Assembly (NCBI GenBank): GCA_963663275.1
Contig: OY760183.1
Coordinates: 256,001 to 320,000, forward strand
Source of the DNA: Chloroflexota bacterium
GTDB lineage: Bacteria > Chloroflexota > UBA11872 > VXOZ01
Reading direction: 5' to 3'
DNA: 64,000 nt
In this document: positions 9,229 to 20,901 of the stretch, piece by piece
Position numbering within the stretch: position 1 is the stretch's first letter
How the letters are laid out: every line of letters begins with the position of its first letter
Notes under the pieces: model-generated
Database searches by the model: none
Told to the model about the DNA's origin: nothing
The model's input: the letters and a program-made list of their open reading frames with translations, nothing else
Position numbers and translations under genes: made by a program

Positions 9229-9714
9229 CCCGCACCTCCGAGCCTACTGGTTTGGACTCCAGTATAACGCTCTCCACGCCTCAGATGTGGCGCTGCCGGC
9301 GTGCCAAACCTACTCATTGCGGTGACTCTGGTATTCTTGGATAGAATCTGTAGAGAAGCCCCGATGTTCGGCCTGGCGCGTCTCGCCCGCGTAGTGAAAC
9401 CGAATAAGTGGCGGGAATTAGTGGCGCTAGACTTGGTAGCTCTATGGGGCTGCGTTTCTGTCATTCCGAGCGCAGCGAGGAATCTAGAATGCCCGCACAC
9501 GAGATTCTTCGTCGCTGCGCTCCTCAGAATGACAGATCGGGAAGTCACATTGGGTGTGGCTGCGAGCGACAATCCGCTTGTCTCCACAAAGTAAGTCTGA
9601 ATCTACTAATTCCCTAAATGGCGGCGCTCGAGTCTTGCCCGGCCATTACGCGGCAACCCACGGAGCGCGCGTGGCAGTTAGGGAGGGCGCACGGAATATG
9701 GGAAGCAATGAGTA

Positions 9715-11037
9715 ATGAGTCGCGGTCGTAAGATCCGGCAACGTGAACCGGTAGAGATGACGCTCACCGGCATGGCGCATCGCGGGCCGGCGGTGGGGCG
9801 CGTGGACGGGCAGGTGGTCTTCGCCTTCTACGGCATACCGGGCGAGCGCGTGCGCGTGCAACTGGAGCGGCGGCGCAAGAAATTCCTGCACGGGCGCGTG
9901 GTAGAGACGCTGGAACCGTCGCCGGACCGCGTCGAGCCGTCGTGCCCCTACTACGGCGCGTGCGGCGGCTGCCAGTGGCAGCACGTGGACTACCCGGCCC
10001 AGGTGCGCCTGAAGCGGCAGGTGGTGGAAGAGCACTTTGCCCGCATCGGCAAGCAGCCGGTCGCCATCGACGCCGTGCACACGCCGCCAACGCCCTGGGA
10101 ATACCGCTACGGCTGCGAAATCGCCCTCTCGCGGGAGGCCGGCTTCCGGCAGCGCGGCAGCCGGCGCGTGGTGGAAGTCGAGCGGTGCGCCATCAGCCAT
10201 CCGCTCATTTCACAACTGCTGGCGACGTTGAACGGCATGATCAAAGACGGCCTCATGCCCGACCTCTGGGGACGCAACTGGGTGGAGACGCGGGTGATCC
10301 CCCAGGGCGATACCGCGAAACTGGCGCTGATACTGGAAGGCGTGCGCAACGTGGACCTGAAGGCGGAACCGGAACTGCGCGCCGCGCTGGAGGCGCTCGC
10401 CACGATTCCGGAGGCGGTGAGCGTCTGCTACCGCACGCCCAGCGGCGCGGTGGAACCCTATGCCGGTCCGGCAATGGTGGACGTGGAACTGATGGGCAAG
10501 ACGCTCCGGTTTCCGCCCGGCGCGTTCTTCCAGGCGAGCGTGGAGATGCTGCCGCTTGCGATCTCCCGTATGCGCGCCCTGGCGGCGGTGCAGTCCCATG
10601 AGACCGTGCTCGATCTCTACTGCGGCGTGGGCGTTTTCGGTCTCTTTTTGGCGGCGGACGCGGGCCGCGTGATCGGCGTGGAGGTGGACGCGCAGGCCAT
10701 CGACGCGGCGCGGCAGACGGCGGCGCAGTGGGGGCTGCGCAACGTCGAGTTTTGGGACGCGCCCGCCGAAAAGGCGACGGGAGACCTGCCAGCGGCGGAC
10801 GTGATCATCGTCGATCCGCCCCGCACCGGCCTGGACCCGCGCGTCCTGCGCGCCGCGGCCGCCAGCGCCCCCGGCCGCATCGTCTACCTCTCGTGCGAGC
10901 CGTCCACCCTGGCCCGCGACGCGGCGCTCCTGCGAGCCGAGGGCTATGGCGTGGAACGCTTGGAACTCTTCGATTTCTTTCCACAAACGTACCATATCGA
11001 AAACCTGGCGCTCTTCCGCCGCAACGAAGCGCGGTGA
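9715..11037 (+). CDS. rlmD: TRAM-domain RNA (uracil-C5)-methyltransferase, RlmD/TrmA family
   Basis: TRAM domain, CPYYGACGGCQWQH Fe-S motif, AFFQ, LDLYCGVG, VDPPRTG, YLSCEP, FFPQTYHIE. Confidence 0.88.
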   Translation: MSRGRKIRQREPVEMTLTGMAHRGPAVGRVDGQVVFAFYGIPGERVRVQLERRRKKFLHGRVVETLEPSPDRVEPSCPYYGACGGCQWQHVDYPAQVRLKRQVVEEHFARIGKQPVAIDAVHTPPTPWEYRYGCEIALSREAGFRQRGSRRVVEVERCAISHPLISQLLATLNGMIKDGLMPDLWGRNWVETRVIPQGDTAKLALILEGVRNVDLKAEPELRAALEALATIPEAVSVCYRTPSGAVEPYAGPAMVDVELMGKTLRFPPGAFFQASVEMLPLAISRMRALAAVQSHETVLDLYCGVGVFGLFLAADAGRVIGVEVDAQAIDAARQTAAQWGLRNVEFWDAPAEKATGDLPAADVIIVDPPRTGLDPRVLRAAAASAPGRIVYLSCEPSTLARDAALLRAEGYGVERLELFDFFPQTYHIENLALFRRNEAR

Positions 11038-11047
11038 GGTGCCTCCA

Positions 11048-11725
11048 ATGAATCCGCATCCTCGTAGCGCGGCGGCGCAACGGCGCGCGCCCGTGATCGG
11101 CATTACGGGCAACATCGGCGTTGGCAAGAGCACCGTAGCCGGCCTGCTGGCCGCCCGGGGCGTGCGCGTCATCGACGCCGATCGGGTCGTGCACGACCTC
11201 TACGCCGATCCGAACGGCGCGCTGGCGCCGGCGATCGCGGCGGCCTTTGGCGCGGGCGTCGTCGCGCCCGGCGGCGCGCTCGACCGGGCCGCCTTGGGCA
11301 GCATCGTCTTCAACGACGCCGGGGCGCTGGCCGCCTTGGAGCGGCTCGTGCATCCGGCGGTCGTGGCGGCCGTGGAGCGGGACGTGCGCGCCGCCGCGCC
11401 GCGCACGCCGGTGGCAATCGAGGCCGTCAAGCTCATCGAGAGCGACCTTGCCGCCTTGCTGGACGCGGTCTGGCTCGTAACGGCCGCGCCCGCAATACAG
11501 GCGGCGCGTCTGCGGGCGAAAGGCATGGCGGACGACGAAGCGCGGCGGCGCATCGAGGCGCAGACGCCGCCCGCGGAGAAGATCGCCCTGCTGCGGCGCA
11601 AGCGCGGCGCGTCGGCGCCGGTGATGAGGATTGACAATACAGGCACGCTGGCGCAATTGCGGCGCGCCGTGGACAACGCCTGGCAGTCTATGCAGGCCGC
11701 TTTGAGCAATACGGAGGAAAGGTAG
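11048..11725 (+). CDS. coaE: Dephospho-CoA kinase
   Basis: IGITGNIGVGKST, IDAD, LDRAALG, LERLVHP, RIEAQ, IDNTG. Confidence 0.92.
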   Translation: MNPHPRSAAAQRRAPVIGITGNIGVGKSTVAGLLAARGVRVIDADRVVHDLYADPNGALAPAIAAAFGAGVVAPGGALDRAALGSIVFNDAGALAALERLVHPAVVAAVERDVRAAAPRTPVAIEAVKLIESDLAALLDAVWLVTAAPAIQAARLRAKGMADDEARRRIEAQTPPAEKIALLRRKRGASAPVMRIDNTGTLAQLRRAVDNAWQSMQAALSNTEER

Positions 11726-11729
11726 CATC

Positions 11730-12341
11730 ATGCCCTGGACCGCCATCGGACTCGCCTGCGCCGCCGGGCAAAACCCCTATGCGGCCTTGTTCATCCTGGC
11801 AGTGCTGGCGCGCTCCGACGACGTGCCGCTGGCGCTGCAATCCCCGTTCACCTTCCTGACCCAGCCCGCGGTGATTGGCGCGCTCTTCGTGCTCACCGGG
11901 GCGCAGGTGTTCGTCGACAAGCATCCGCGCTGGTGGCGATTTGAAGCCGTGACCGGCGCGGCGGCCCGGCCCGTGTGCGCCGCCGTGAGCGTGCTCAGCC
12001 TGCTCGATACCGACGGCGGGGTGTGGCTGTGGGCGGCGGCGGCCGTGGCCGCCGCGCTGTGCAGTCACGCCGTCCGCCTGCGCCTGCGCCGCCAGCTCGC
12101 GCGCAGCCTGTCCGGCATGGGGTACTTTCCGGCCAGCCTGACGCTGGATAGCGCCGCCTTGATTACCGGACTGCTCGCGGTCCTCGCGCCGGTTGCCGGC
12201 GCCGCGGCGGGCATAGCCGCCCTCGGCGGCTCAGCGGGCCTCTCCCTGCGCCTGCCCTCCACGCCGGACGCCCCCAGCGAAGCGGAACCGTCCAGCGATG
12301 CGGAATCCCCCGGCGAAGCGGAACCGTCCAGCAAGGCATAA
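11730..12341 (+). CDS. Membrane protein, DUF4126-like
   Basis: GLACAAGQNPY N-terminus, multiple TM segments, FVDKHP motif. AGGAAAGG-type RBS region upstream. Confidence 0.6.
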   Translation: MPWTAIGLACAAGQNPYAALFILAVLARSDDVPLALQSPFTFLTQPAVIGALFVLTGAQVFVDKHPRWWRFEAVTGAAARPVCAAVSVLSLLDTDGGVWLWAAAAVAAALCSHAVRLRLRRQLARSLSGMGYFPASLTLDSAALITGLLAVLAPVAGAAAGIAALGGSAGLSLRLPSTPDAPSEAEPSSDAESPGEAEPSSKA

Positions 12342-12370
12342 TCCTCCGGCGAAGCGGAGTCCACCAAGCA
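12276..12370 (+). repeat. Degenerate 18-bp tandem repeat spanning the stop codon of the DUF4126-like gene
   Basis: Units such as ccagcgaagcggaaccgt and ccggcgaagcggaaccgt continue past TAA 12341. Confidence 0.7.
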
Positions 12371-12497
12371 TACGTAGCCGACGCTGCTCCGTTTCCCTCT
12401 CCCTGGCTGACAAGGGGAACGCAGGTGTCATTTGTATGTTGTAAAAGGCGGGGAGATAGGGGAAAGTGAGGAGGAAGCGCGAGGGGGCGCGTCGCTT

Positions 12498-12863
12498 GTC
12501 ATTCCGAGCGGAGCGAGGAATCTAGGGTCGATGCCCCAAAACTCGCATAGCTGGCTCGGCGTCCCAAATCGCATAGCTAGCTCAGCGCCCCCACAACCCG
12601 CATAGCTGGCTCGGCGCCCTAGATTCCTCTCTCCGCTGCGCTCCGTTCGGAATGACAGGGGAAGCCGTTTACCCCTGCTCCGGCGGGGGACAAGCCCCCG
12701 CGCTACGGTGACACGACTCCTCTATGCACAAATGCCCGCGCTGCGTTGACGCGACACCTCCAGGGTGAAGGGGAGGGGGATTCCTCCAGTTCCCTCTTCT
12801 TGGGGGGCGCAGCCGCCCCTCCGGTTCCCTCTCCCTGGGGGGAGAGGGTTAGGGTGAGGGGGA
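12498..12863. repeat. REP-like cluster, including an inverted pair whose spacer has three cgcatagct(g/a)gctc(g/a)gcg units
   Basis: gtcattccgagcggagcgaggaatctag...ctagattcctc..cggaatgac, plus ggcgggggacaagccccc and gggagagggttagggtgaggg. Confidence 0.85.
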
Positions 12864-12875
12864 TTCCGCTTGCGC

Positions 12876-14633
12876 CTAGAGCAGGTGCAGCAGGTCGTTC
12901 CGCACGAAGAAGTAGAAGTCCTGCGAGCCGATCGGTTGCGGCATCTTGCGACTCACCAGCCAGGACGTGAAGTTGCCGCGCGTCTGGGAATTGGTGATGA
13001 ATTCCAGCCAAAACGTCGGGCGCAAGTCCCGGTAGAGCGCCTCCGGGAACCACCAGCGCAGCTTGTAGCGGAACGGCACGTAGTTGCCCAGGTGTTCGCT
13101 GGCGTTCTCAAACTCGCTGGCGGTCACGATCACAAACGCCGCCTCGCCGGGATCGCCGATTTTCGATATGTAGGCTACCTTGGTGTAATCGCGCAGATAC
13201 CACGCGAACGGCCAGGAGTCTTCATTGTCGATGATGCCGATCACTTCCGTGCCGCCGGTGAGCATGCGGGACATCTGCTCGATTTGCGCGGCCACGTAGG
13301 GCACGTCCGGGCTGGTCTGCACGTAGACCAGCGTGTCGCGCGGCGTATCCGCGTGCGCGAACGTCAGCGGCAGCCCGGTGTGCAGCGCGTAGACGCCAAT
13401 CACGACGCAGAGGCCCAGCGCGATACGATGGCGGCGCAGGCCGTTTGGCTCCGAAAACTGCTGCCCCAGGAAGCGCGCCACCAGCAGGATGCCGGGCAAC
13501 GAGATGTGCAGCACCAGCCAGGGCATGCGCTCGCCCGCCAGCGAGTAGAGCACAACCGCCGCGACGAACCAGAAGCAGAGAAAGCGATCGGCCAGCGCGC
13601 CGCGCCGGCCCAGCCGCCACAGCGCCGGCAGCGCAAAGGCCGCCACCATCAACTCGTAGAGCGGCAGTTGCATGAAGTAGTACCAGACCGGCTGGTTGCC
13701 CCGGCTCACGTCCTGCTGCGCCAACCAGTACTCCAGCGCCTTGATGATGCCGCTGGCAAAGTCCTGGGGATGCGTGTAGAACGCGGTATAGAACGTGACG
13801 AAGATGAGCACGAACGTCACGATGCCGGCCAGGAGCAGCGAGCGTTCGTGCCAGAGGTCGGCAAGCGCGCTCCGCACCGACTCGTGGCTGGGCAGGCGGC
13901 CGCCGCGCGCGGGCATGAACATCTCCCGCAGATAGCGAAACACGATGAAGGCCACGATGATCGCCAGGGTGATGTAGGTATTCTCCTTGGAGGCCAGCGA
14001 AAGCGCCGCCGCCGCCGCGCCCAGGTAGACGTACCAGCGTTGCCTGGTGTGCAGCCAGCCAAAGAGCGCCAGCACGATGAGCATGGTCCAGGCCACCACG
14101 TAGATGTCGTTGCGCGCGAACCGGGAGAAGTAGAGCAGCGGCGGCGAAATGGCCATGAAAACGGCGGCCAGCACCATGCCGCCGCGCCCCAGATAGGGTT
14201 TCAGCGGAAAGACCAGCAGCACGGAGAGCACGCCGAACAAGGCCGGGCCAAAGCGCGCTACCGCGTCGCTGACGCCAAAGAGGAAGTACATGAAGGCGGT
14301 GAAGTAGAACTGGAACGGCCCGTGCAGCACCGGGTTGTAGCGGTAGTCGAACGAGCGGTAGATGTCCCACGCGAAGCGCGCGTGCATGCTCTCGTCGTGG
14401 TGCAGGGCGCGCGTGCCCAGGTCGTAGAACCGCGTAAAGCAGACGAACGCCATCACGCCCAGGATCACCAGCGCCTGCCAGCGGGTCAGCCCGAAGTGGG
14501 TTTCCACGCGCAGCCAGGCCGCAATCGCGGGCCAATCGGCGGCTTTCGCGTCCAGCGGAGACGACTCGTTGCGCTGCCGCTGCCTGCCCGGCTGCGGTTT
14601 CGTTCCCCGCGATGTCGCTTTCTTAGGAGGCAT
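12876..14633 (-). CDS. TIGR03663-like GT-C fold membrane glycosyltransferase (Agl23-like)
   Basis: RFYDLGTRALHHDESMHA, YRYNPVLHGP, YFSRFARND, ASKEN, LVYVQTS and WPFAWYLR motifs. Confidence 0.82.
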   Translation of the reverse strand: MPPKKATSRGTKPQPGRQRQRNESSPLDAKAADWPAIAAWLRVETHFGLTRWQALVILGVMAFVCFTRFYDLGTRALHHDESMHARFAWDIYRSFDYRYNPVLHGPFQFYFTAFMYFLFGVSDAVARFGPALFGVLSVLLVFPLKPYLGRGGMVLAAVFMAISPPLLYFSRFARNDIYVVAWTMLIVLALFGWLHTRQRWYVYLGAAAAALSLASKENTYITLAIIVAFIVFRYLREMFMPARGGRLPSHESVRSALADLWHERSLLLAGIVTFVLIFVTFYTAFYTHPQDFASGIIKALEYWLAQQDVSRGNQPVWYYFMQLPLYELMVAAFALPALWRLGRRGALADRFLCFWFVAAVVLYSLAGERMPWLVLHISLPGILLVARFLGQQFSEPNGLRRHRIALGLCVVIGVYALHTGLPLTFAHADTPRDTLVYVQTSPDVPYVAAQIEQMSRMLTGGTEVIGIIDNEDSWPFAWYLRDYTKVAYISKIGDPGEAAFVIVTASEFENASEHLGNYVPFRYKLRWWFPEALYRDLRPTFWLEFITNSQTRGNFTSWLVSRKMPQPIGSQDFYFFVRNDLLHLL

Positions 14634-17040
14634 CGGCTTTCAACACGTACACGTTGCCGCTCTGATACACCACCGGGAACCAATCCAGCAGGCGCTCCAC
14701 GTTCTCGCCGTAGAGTTGACGTTCCCAGTCACCTACAAAGATATAGTCGGCCTCGTACTTGCGCAAGAAGGCCAGGGCGCCTTCGCGCGGGGCGGCCGCG
14801 TAGAAGGCTTGCAGGTCGTTTTCGCGCTCGAACACCAGTTGGAAGTCGTCGCGCCACAGGTGCTCGTGCTGGCGCCAGCCCAGCACCGTTTGCAAGCCGG
14901 TGAAAGTGGAGACGCGGCTGTACTGGCTGTACTCCTGCCCCGAGGCCTCCACCACCACGCTATCCGATGCGGCGTTATTCTGCAACCAGGCGATGGCGGC
15001 CACCTCGTCGGCGTGGTCGCGGGCGTAGTACTTCGTGCCGTCCAGCGTCGGCGGCTCGCGTTGGAACGAGGCGAAGACGGGCGCGGTGAGCAGGCTGTAG
15101 TACAGTCCGCTCAACCCAAGCAACACCACGGCCACGCGAAAGACCCAGCTCAACGGACGCTGCCGCTCCCGCAGCCAGACGGTGGCGTAGTAGATGGCAA
15201 AGGCCACCACCGGCGCCAATAGCGTCCACACCTGGAAGTAGAGCTTGAACACGGTGTTCATGCGCATGTTCGGCGGGCCGTAGAAGTCCCGCACGTAGAA
15301 TAGCTCGCTGGCCAGGACCAGCAGCGCGGCAATGCCGACGACGACGCACACGAACGGCAGCGGCTCGCTGTACTCCCGCCGCCACAGCAGGATGCCCAGA
15401 CCGGCGATCAGGCTCAGCGCGAGGATGGCCAGCGCCGCGGAATCGATGAGCCGCGCCAGGAAGAGCGTCAACGCCACCCATCCAACCAGCGCCAGCGCGT
15501 AGGGCCGGTAGTACTCCCAGCGCGCCCCGGGTTCCGGCTGGGCAGCGGCGGCGGGGCCGCTCTGGCCGCCGTCCGCCCGCCGCCGCTGCCGGCGGGACTT
15601 GCGCCCCCGCGGCCGCGACTGCTGTTGCGGTGTGTCGGGCGCTACCCGCCGCCGCGCGGCCTGTATGCCGAGAATAACCAGAAGAACGCCCAACGGCACC
15701 AGAAAGATGCCGTACATGGTGAAGAACTGGCCGAGATTCGTGCGGAAGGGCACCAGGCCGATGCCCTGCGTGGGCGGATCGAACGTCAGGTAGAACGGCG
15801 CGAAGAACGCTAGCGCCAACGCGCCGGTGGCGGCCAGCCACGCCAGCGCGTCCTTCCACTCCCCCAGGCGACCGTGCACTTTCAGCGACACCAGCGCGCA
15901 GAGGCCCAGCAGCAGGAAGTAGGTGGGGAAGTCCCACGAGTTCAGAAAGTAGAGTCCGCCGAAGACGACGGCGCTCATCACCACCCGGCCAACGCGCGGG
16001 ATGGTGAGCAGCGCGCCGATGGCTGCCCGCGTTCGCGGGAAAGACGCGGTTATGGGCGGAAAGTCGGGATTGGCGTACCAGGTAAGCGCGGTGAATATCG
16101 CCAGCAGCGCAAAGGGCAGCGCCATGACGTGCGGGTGCAGGTCGCCCAGGATGTAGCTGAACGCCGGAAACTCGTTGATCGTATAGTCCAGCGCCGTGTC
16201 GCCCTCGATGCGGTTGACCACCCGGGTGGCGTTCCAGCCCACGCCGAACCAGAAGCCCTGGCTGAGATACTCCACCTCGGTCAACGCCTTCCAGATGGTG
16301 AAGAGGTTGCCGCTGAAGAGCAGCAGGAAGACGGCCAAGAGACCCGTGAGCGTGCCGGCGCGGGGTTTCTTGATCCCACCGCCGGCCTGGAAGCGCTTCA
16401 ACAGGCTGAAGCCGATGCCGTACGCCCCCAGGCCGCTGAGGGCGAAGAAGAGCGCCAACGCCAGATTGTAGGTGACTGCGGAGGAGATGCCCGTAAGGCG
16501 CGTGAAGAAGGCCACGATGAGGTAGCCAAAGTAGTAGTAGTTTACCGAGAGTCCCCCGGCCCAGGCGTCGTGGGGCGGCATGGACGAGGATTGCAGGATG
16601 CTGTTCACCAGCATGAGGTCCATGAACTTCTCGGTGCCCATCACCTCCGGCGCGTACTGGCGCAGCAGCGCGTAGCCGCCCAGCAGTATCAAGAAGAGGG
16701 CTTCCACCACGTAGACCTGATGCCCCAGCGGCTGCCGCAGCGTGTCCACGCGCACGCCGCAGCGCCAGACGACCAGCGCCGACAACGCGCCCAGCAGGAT
16801 GAACACCACGATGAGCGCCCACAGGGTGTTCGGCAGGATGCGCAACGACATCAGGAACCAGCCGAGGAAGCCAAACAGCAGGATGCCAAGGGTCTTGGCG
16901 AAGGGATAGCCGGCCAGCGGCATGGAACGGAAGAGCAGCCAGGTAAGCGGCAGCGTCACCAGGCTGACGGCCTGCGCCGCCAGCCACCACAGCAGGATGT
17001 ACCCGATGGTTGTCACCGTTACCGCTTCACTCTCGCCCAA
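14623..17040 (-). CDS. DUF2298 / Chlor_Arch_YYY membrane protein
   Basis: GTEKFMD, PPHDAW, NYYYFG, TINEFPAFS, GDLHPH, NSWDFP, RMNTVFKLY and LGWRQHE motifs. Confidence 0.85.
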   Translation of the reverse strand: MGESEAVTVTTIGYILLWWLAAQAVSLVTLPLTWLLFRSMPLAGYPFAKTLGILLFGFLGWFLMSLRILPNTLWALIVVFILLGALSALVVWRCGVRVDTLRQPLGHQVYVVEALFLILLGGYALLRQYAPEVMGTEKFMDLMLVNSILQSSSMPPHDAWAGGLSVNYYYFGYLIVAFFTRLTGISSAVTYNLALALFFALSGLGAYGIGFSLLKRFQAGGGIKKPRAGTLTGLLAVFLLLFSGNLFTIWKALTEVEYLSQGFWFGVGWNATRVVNRIEGDTALDYTINEFPAFSYILGDLHPHVMALPFALLAIFTALTWYANPDFPPITASFPRTRAAIGALLTIPRVGRVVMSAVVFGGLYFLNSWDFPTYFLLLGLCALVSLKVHGRLGEWKDALAWLAATGALALAFFAPFYLTFDPPTQGIGLVPFRTNLGQFFTMYGIFLVPLGVLLVILGIQAARRRVAPDTPQQQSRPRGRKSRRQRRRADGGQSGPAAAAQPEPGARWEYYRPYALALVGWVALTLFLARLIDSAALAILALSLIAGLGILLWRREYSEPLPFVCVVVGIAALLVLASELFYVRDFYGPPNMRMNTVFKLYFQVWTLLAPVVAFAIYYATVWLRERQRPLSWVFRVAVVLLGLSGLYYSLLTAPVFASFQREPPTLDGTKYYARDHADEVAAIAWLQNNAASDSVVVEASGQEYSQYSRVSTFTGLQTVLGWRQHEHLWRDDFQLVFERENDLQAFYAAAPREGALAFLRKYEADYIFVGDWERQLYGENVERLLDWFPVVYQSGNVYVLKADAS

Positions 17041-17228
17041 TTAAGTCGTTGCAAGAACCCACACCGGCATGAGCACACTTCTCCCGCTCCCTCCACATTT
17101 CCCCCTCTCCCTGGAGAGAGGGCCGGCGTAAGGGGATACGCCTCACCGCACCCTCCTCATGTCCCCCTCTCCCTGGGGAGAGGGCCGGGGTGAGGGGATC
17201 TTTCACCGGCAGGCGTGCCGCTCTCCGC

Positions 17229-17867
17229 TCACAGCGCCCCCGCCGCCCACGCCACGCCGCGCCGCAACAGTCTCGCCGCGCCCGGATACTGGAGCGCGGC
17301 CCGATCGTGGCCTAGGAGAAGCGTGCACACCCGCGACTGCGGGTGTTCCACCGTCCACAGCAGCGGCTGCGCCTCGCCGTGCAGCGGAGCGTGGGCCAGC
17401 AACCGCGCCTGGGGCGTCAGCCGCACGTTGGCGTAGAGTTCGTCGCGCACGGCAAAGTCCACCATGCGCGCCGTAATCGGGTGCGCGGCATCGTCGATGG
17501 TCACGCCAAAGGGGCCGTAGGGCGGATGGTAGAAGTCGGCCGCGGGCCAGCCGCCGATAAGTTCCGTGTAGGCGTCCCAGCCGCGAAAGCTCAGCACGCC
17601 CGCGTGCAGCACGAACAGCCCCGTGCCCCGCCCGACGGCATCCAGCAATGCCGCTTCCCTGCCGGCCGGCCAACGCTCCTCTTGCGTATTGAGATAGAGC
17701 AGAATGGCGTCGTACGCCTCGACGGCGCCGGATTCGAGAATGGCGGCGTCCTCGCTGATGGTCACCCGCGCGCCGCCCCGCGCCTCCAGGTGATCCGCCG
17801 CGTACGCCGCCACGTCCCGCGGCGAATGCGCCGGATTCGGGCCGCCAAGGAGCAGGATTTCTTTCAT
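17229..17867 (-). CDS. ThuA-like domain protein
   Basis: GTGLFVLHAG, HPP, HPIT, DELY and LGHD motifs. Confidence 0.8.
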   Translation of the reverse strand: MKEILLLGGPNPAHSPRDVAAYAADHLEARGGARVTISEDAAILESGAVEAYDAILLYLNTQEERWPAGREAALLDAVGRGTGLFVLHAGVLSFRGWDAYTELIGGWPAADFYHPPYGPFGVTIDDAAHPITARMVDFAVRDELYANVRLTPQARLLAHAPLHGEAQPLLWTVEHPQSRVCTLLLGHDRAALQYPGAARLLRRGVAWAAGAL

Positions 17868-17997
17868 CTGTGGCTTCCGCTTCCCACTACGAATCGCGCC
17901 TTAAGTCTTCTCTCTATCTTATACCGATTGTCGGCGCGCTGCGCGGCGGCGCGCGGGCGCGGCGCCAGAGTCCCTGCCGCCAGCGCGCGCCATTCGG

Positions 17998-19305
<1,308 letters not shown>

Positions 19306-19770
19306 AGGCCTCGTTCCCACGCTGCGCAAGAAACCGTATTGCCGTCAATGACAGGCGGCTATAGTCGCTAGTATAGCGCAAGCGCGGGATAGCGCATGAG
19401 GCAAGGGCGCGGCGCGCGGTAGGCAATGCGGCGTAGGGGCGCGGCGTGGTGGGCACAACGACGCAGGGACACGGCACGTGATGGGCGCAGCGACGTTGGG
19501 ACAGGGCGTTTGGTGGGCGAACGGTGTAGGGGCACGACATGTCGTGCCCCTACCACGTCGCGGTGGACCTTCAATTTACATAGCGGAAACGTAGCGCGGG
19601 GGCTTGTCCCCCGCCGGCGCACGCGCAATCTCCCCTCACCCTAACCCTCTCCCCGGGGAGAGGGAACCGGAGGAGCGCAGAGCGCCCTACTAAACCCATC
19701 GTGTCACTCCCCCTTCGCCTTACTCCCCCCTTCGCGTCACTTCACCCGTTGCGCTGCTCAACCCGTTGCG

Positions 19771-20901
19771 TCACTTGACCCGCTTGGAGTTCTCCTGCAC
19801 CGCCTTATAGACCAGGCGCGGCGTGAATTCCGGGTCCACCATGCGGAAGTAGTATTCGGACGCGGTGGGGGGGATGTCGCCCACTTGGCGCAGGTACCAG
19901 ATGCAGAAGACGCCGGCCCACGGCCAGTTGGCGCGCCCGTACTCCACGCCCTCGATAGTCCAGGCGGCCTGCTCTTCCTCTTTCACCCGCCGCCAGATCA
20001 GCTTTTCCGCGGCCATGTCGGGCGGCGATGCGTTCCAGCCGTACTCGTTGAACCAGACCGCCTTGTGGGCGTCGCCGTAGCGTTCCATGATCTCGCGCAG
20101 CAGTTCCACGCGGCGGAAGTTGAGGACGGCCGGGTCCGGCGGCGCGGTGGGCGGATATTCCAGGCCGTAGGCGTTCGCCGACATGATGTCGAAGGCGTCG
20201 TACGCGCCGTCCTGGTACATCTGCTCCAGGAAGTCTAGCTCCACCATGGCGCGCGGCGAGTGCTCCAGGGTGATTGCCAGCGGCGCGGTGAGCACTTTTA
20301 TCTCTGGATCGACCGCCTTGATGCGCCGGTAGCCGATGCGCAGCAGGTCCACGTAGCTTTGCGGGTTGGGCGGTTCGCCCCACTCGTGGGCCAGGTTCGG
20401 CTCGTTCCAGAGTTGGTAGTGCGCGATGCGGCCTTGGTAGCGTTCCGCCAGCACAGCCACGAAATCGCCAAAGTCCGCGTAGTTCGCCGGCGGCGCTTCC
20501 GGCGGCGCGCCCTCCCGGCGCGCCCAGAGGGGGCTGCGGTCCACGCGCACGATCAGCTTGATGCCGTACTGTTCGGCCAAATCCGCGATTTCGTCGAACT
20601 TCTGCCAGGTCGGCTTCTGCCACGTCTGGTCGTAGAAGTCGCCCTTCTGCGTCTTCTCGATCTCTTCCCAGGGGAATTGCTGTTTCAGCCACACGATGCC
20701 GGCGTCCCGCGCCATCTCGAAGGTCTTTTCCTTCTTCCAGAACTCGACCTCCTTGTGCAGGAAGGCGTTCGCGCCCCAGGGGTTCACGCGGGTATCCACG
20801 ATGGCGCGTTCCACTTCCGGTTCGGCGCTTTCAGCGAAGGGGCCGCAGGCCGCCGCGGCCAGAGAGGCGGCGGTGGCCGCCAGTATGTTTCTGCGTCGCA
20901 T
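19771..20901 (-). CDS. Secreted or lipoprotein clan-A glycoside hydrolase (GH5/GH39-like)
   Basis: MRRRNILA...LAAAAC signal, WNEPN acid/base motif, VWFNEYGW nucleophile motif. Confidence 0.78.
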   Translation of the reverse strand: MRRRNILAATAASLAAAACGPFAESAEPEVERAIVDTRVNPWGANAFLHKEVEFWKKEKTFEMARDAGIVWLKQQFPWEEIEKTQKGDFYDQTWQKPTWQKFDEIADLAEQYGIKLIVRVDRSPLWARREGAPPEAPPANYADFGDFVAVLAERYQGRIAHYQLWNEPNLAHEWGEPPNPQSYVDLLRIGYRRIKAVDPEIKVLTAPLAITLEHSPRAMVELDFLEQMYQDGAYDAFDIMSANAYGLEYPPTAPPDPAVLNFRRVELLREIMERYGDAHKAVWFNEYGWNASPPDMAAEKLIWRRVKEEEQAAWTIEGVEYGRANWPWAGVFCIWYLRQVGDIPPTASEYYFRMVDPEFTPRLVYKAVQENSKRVK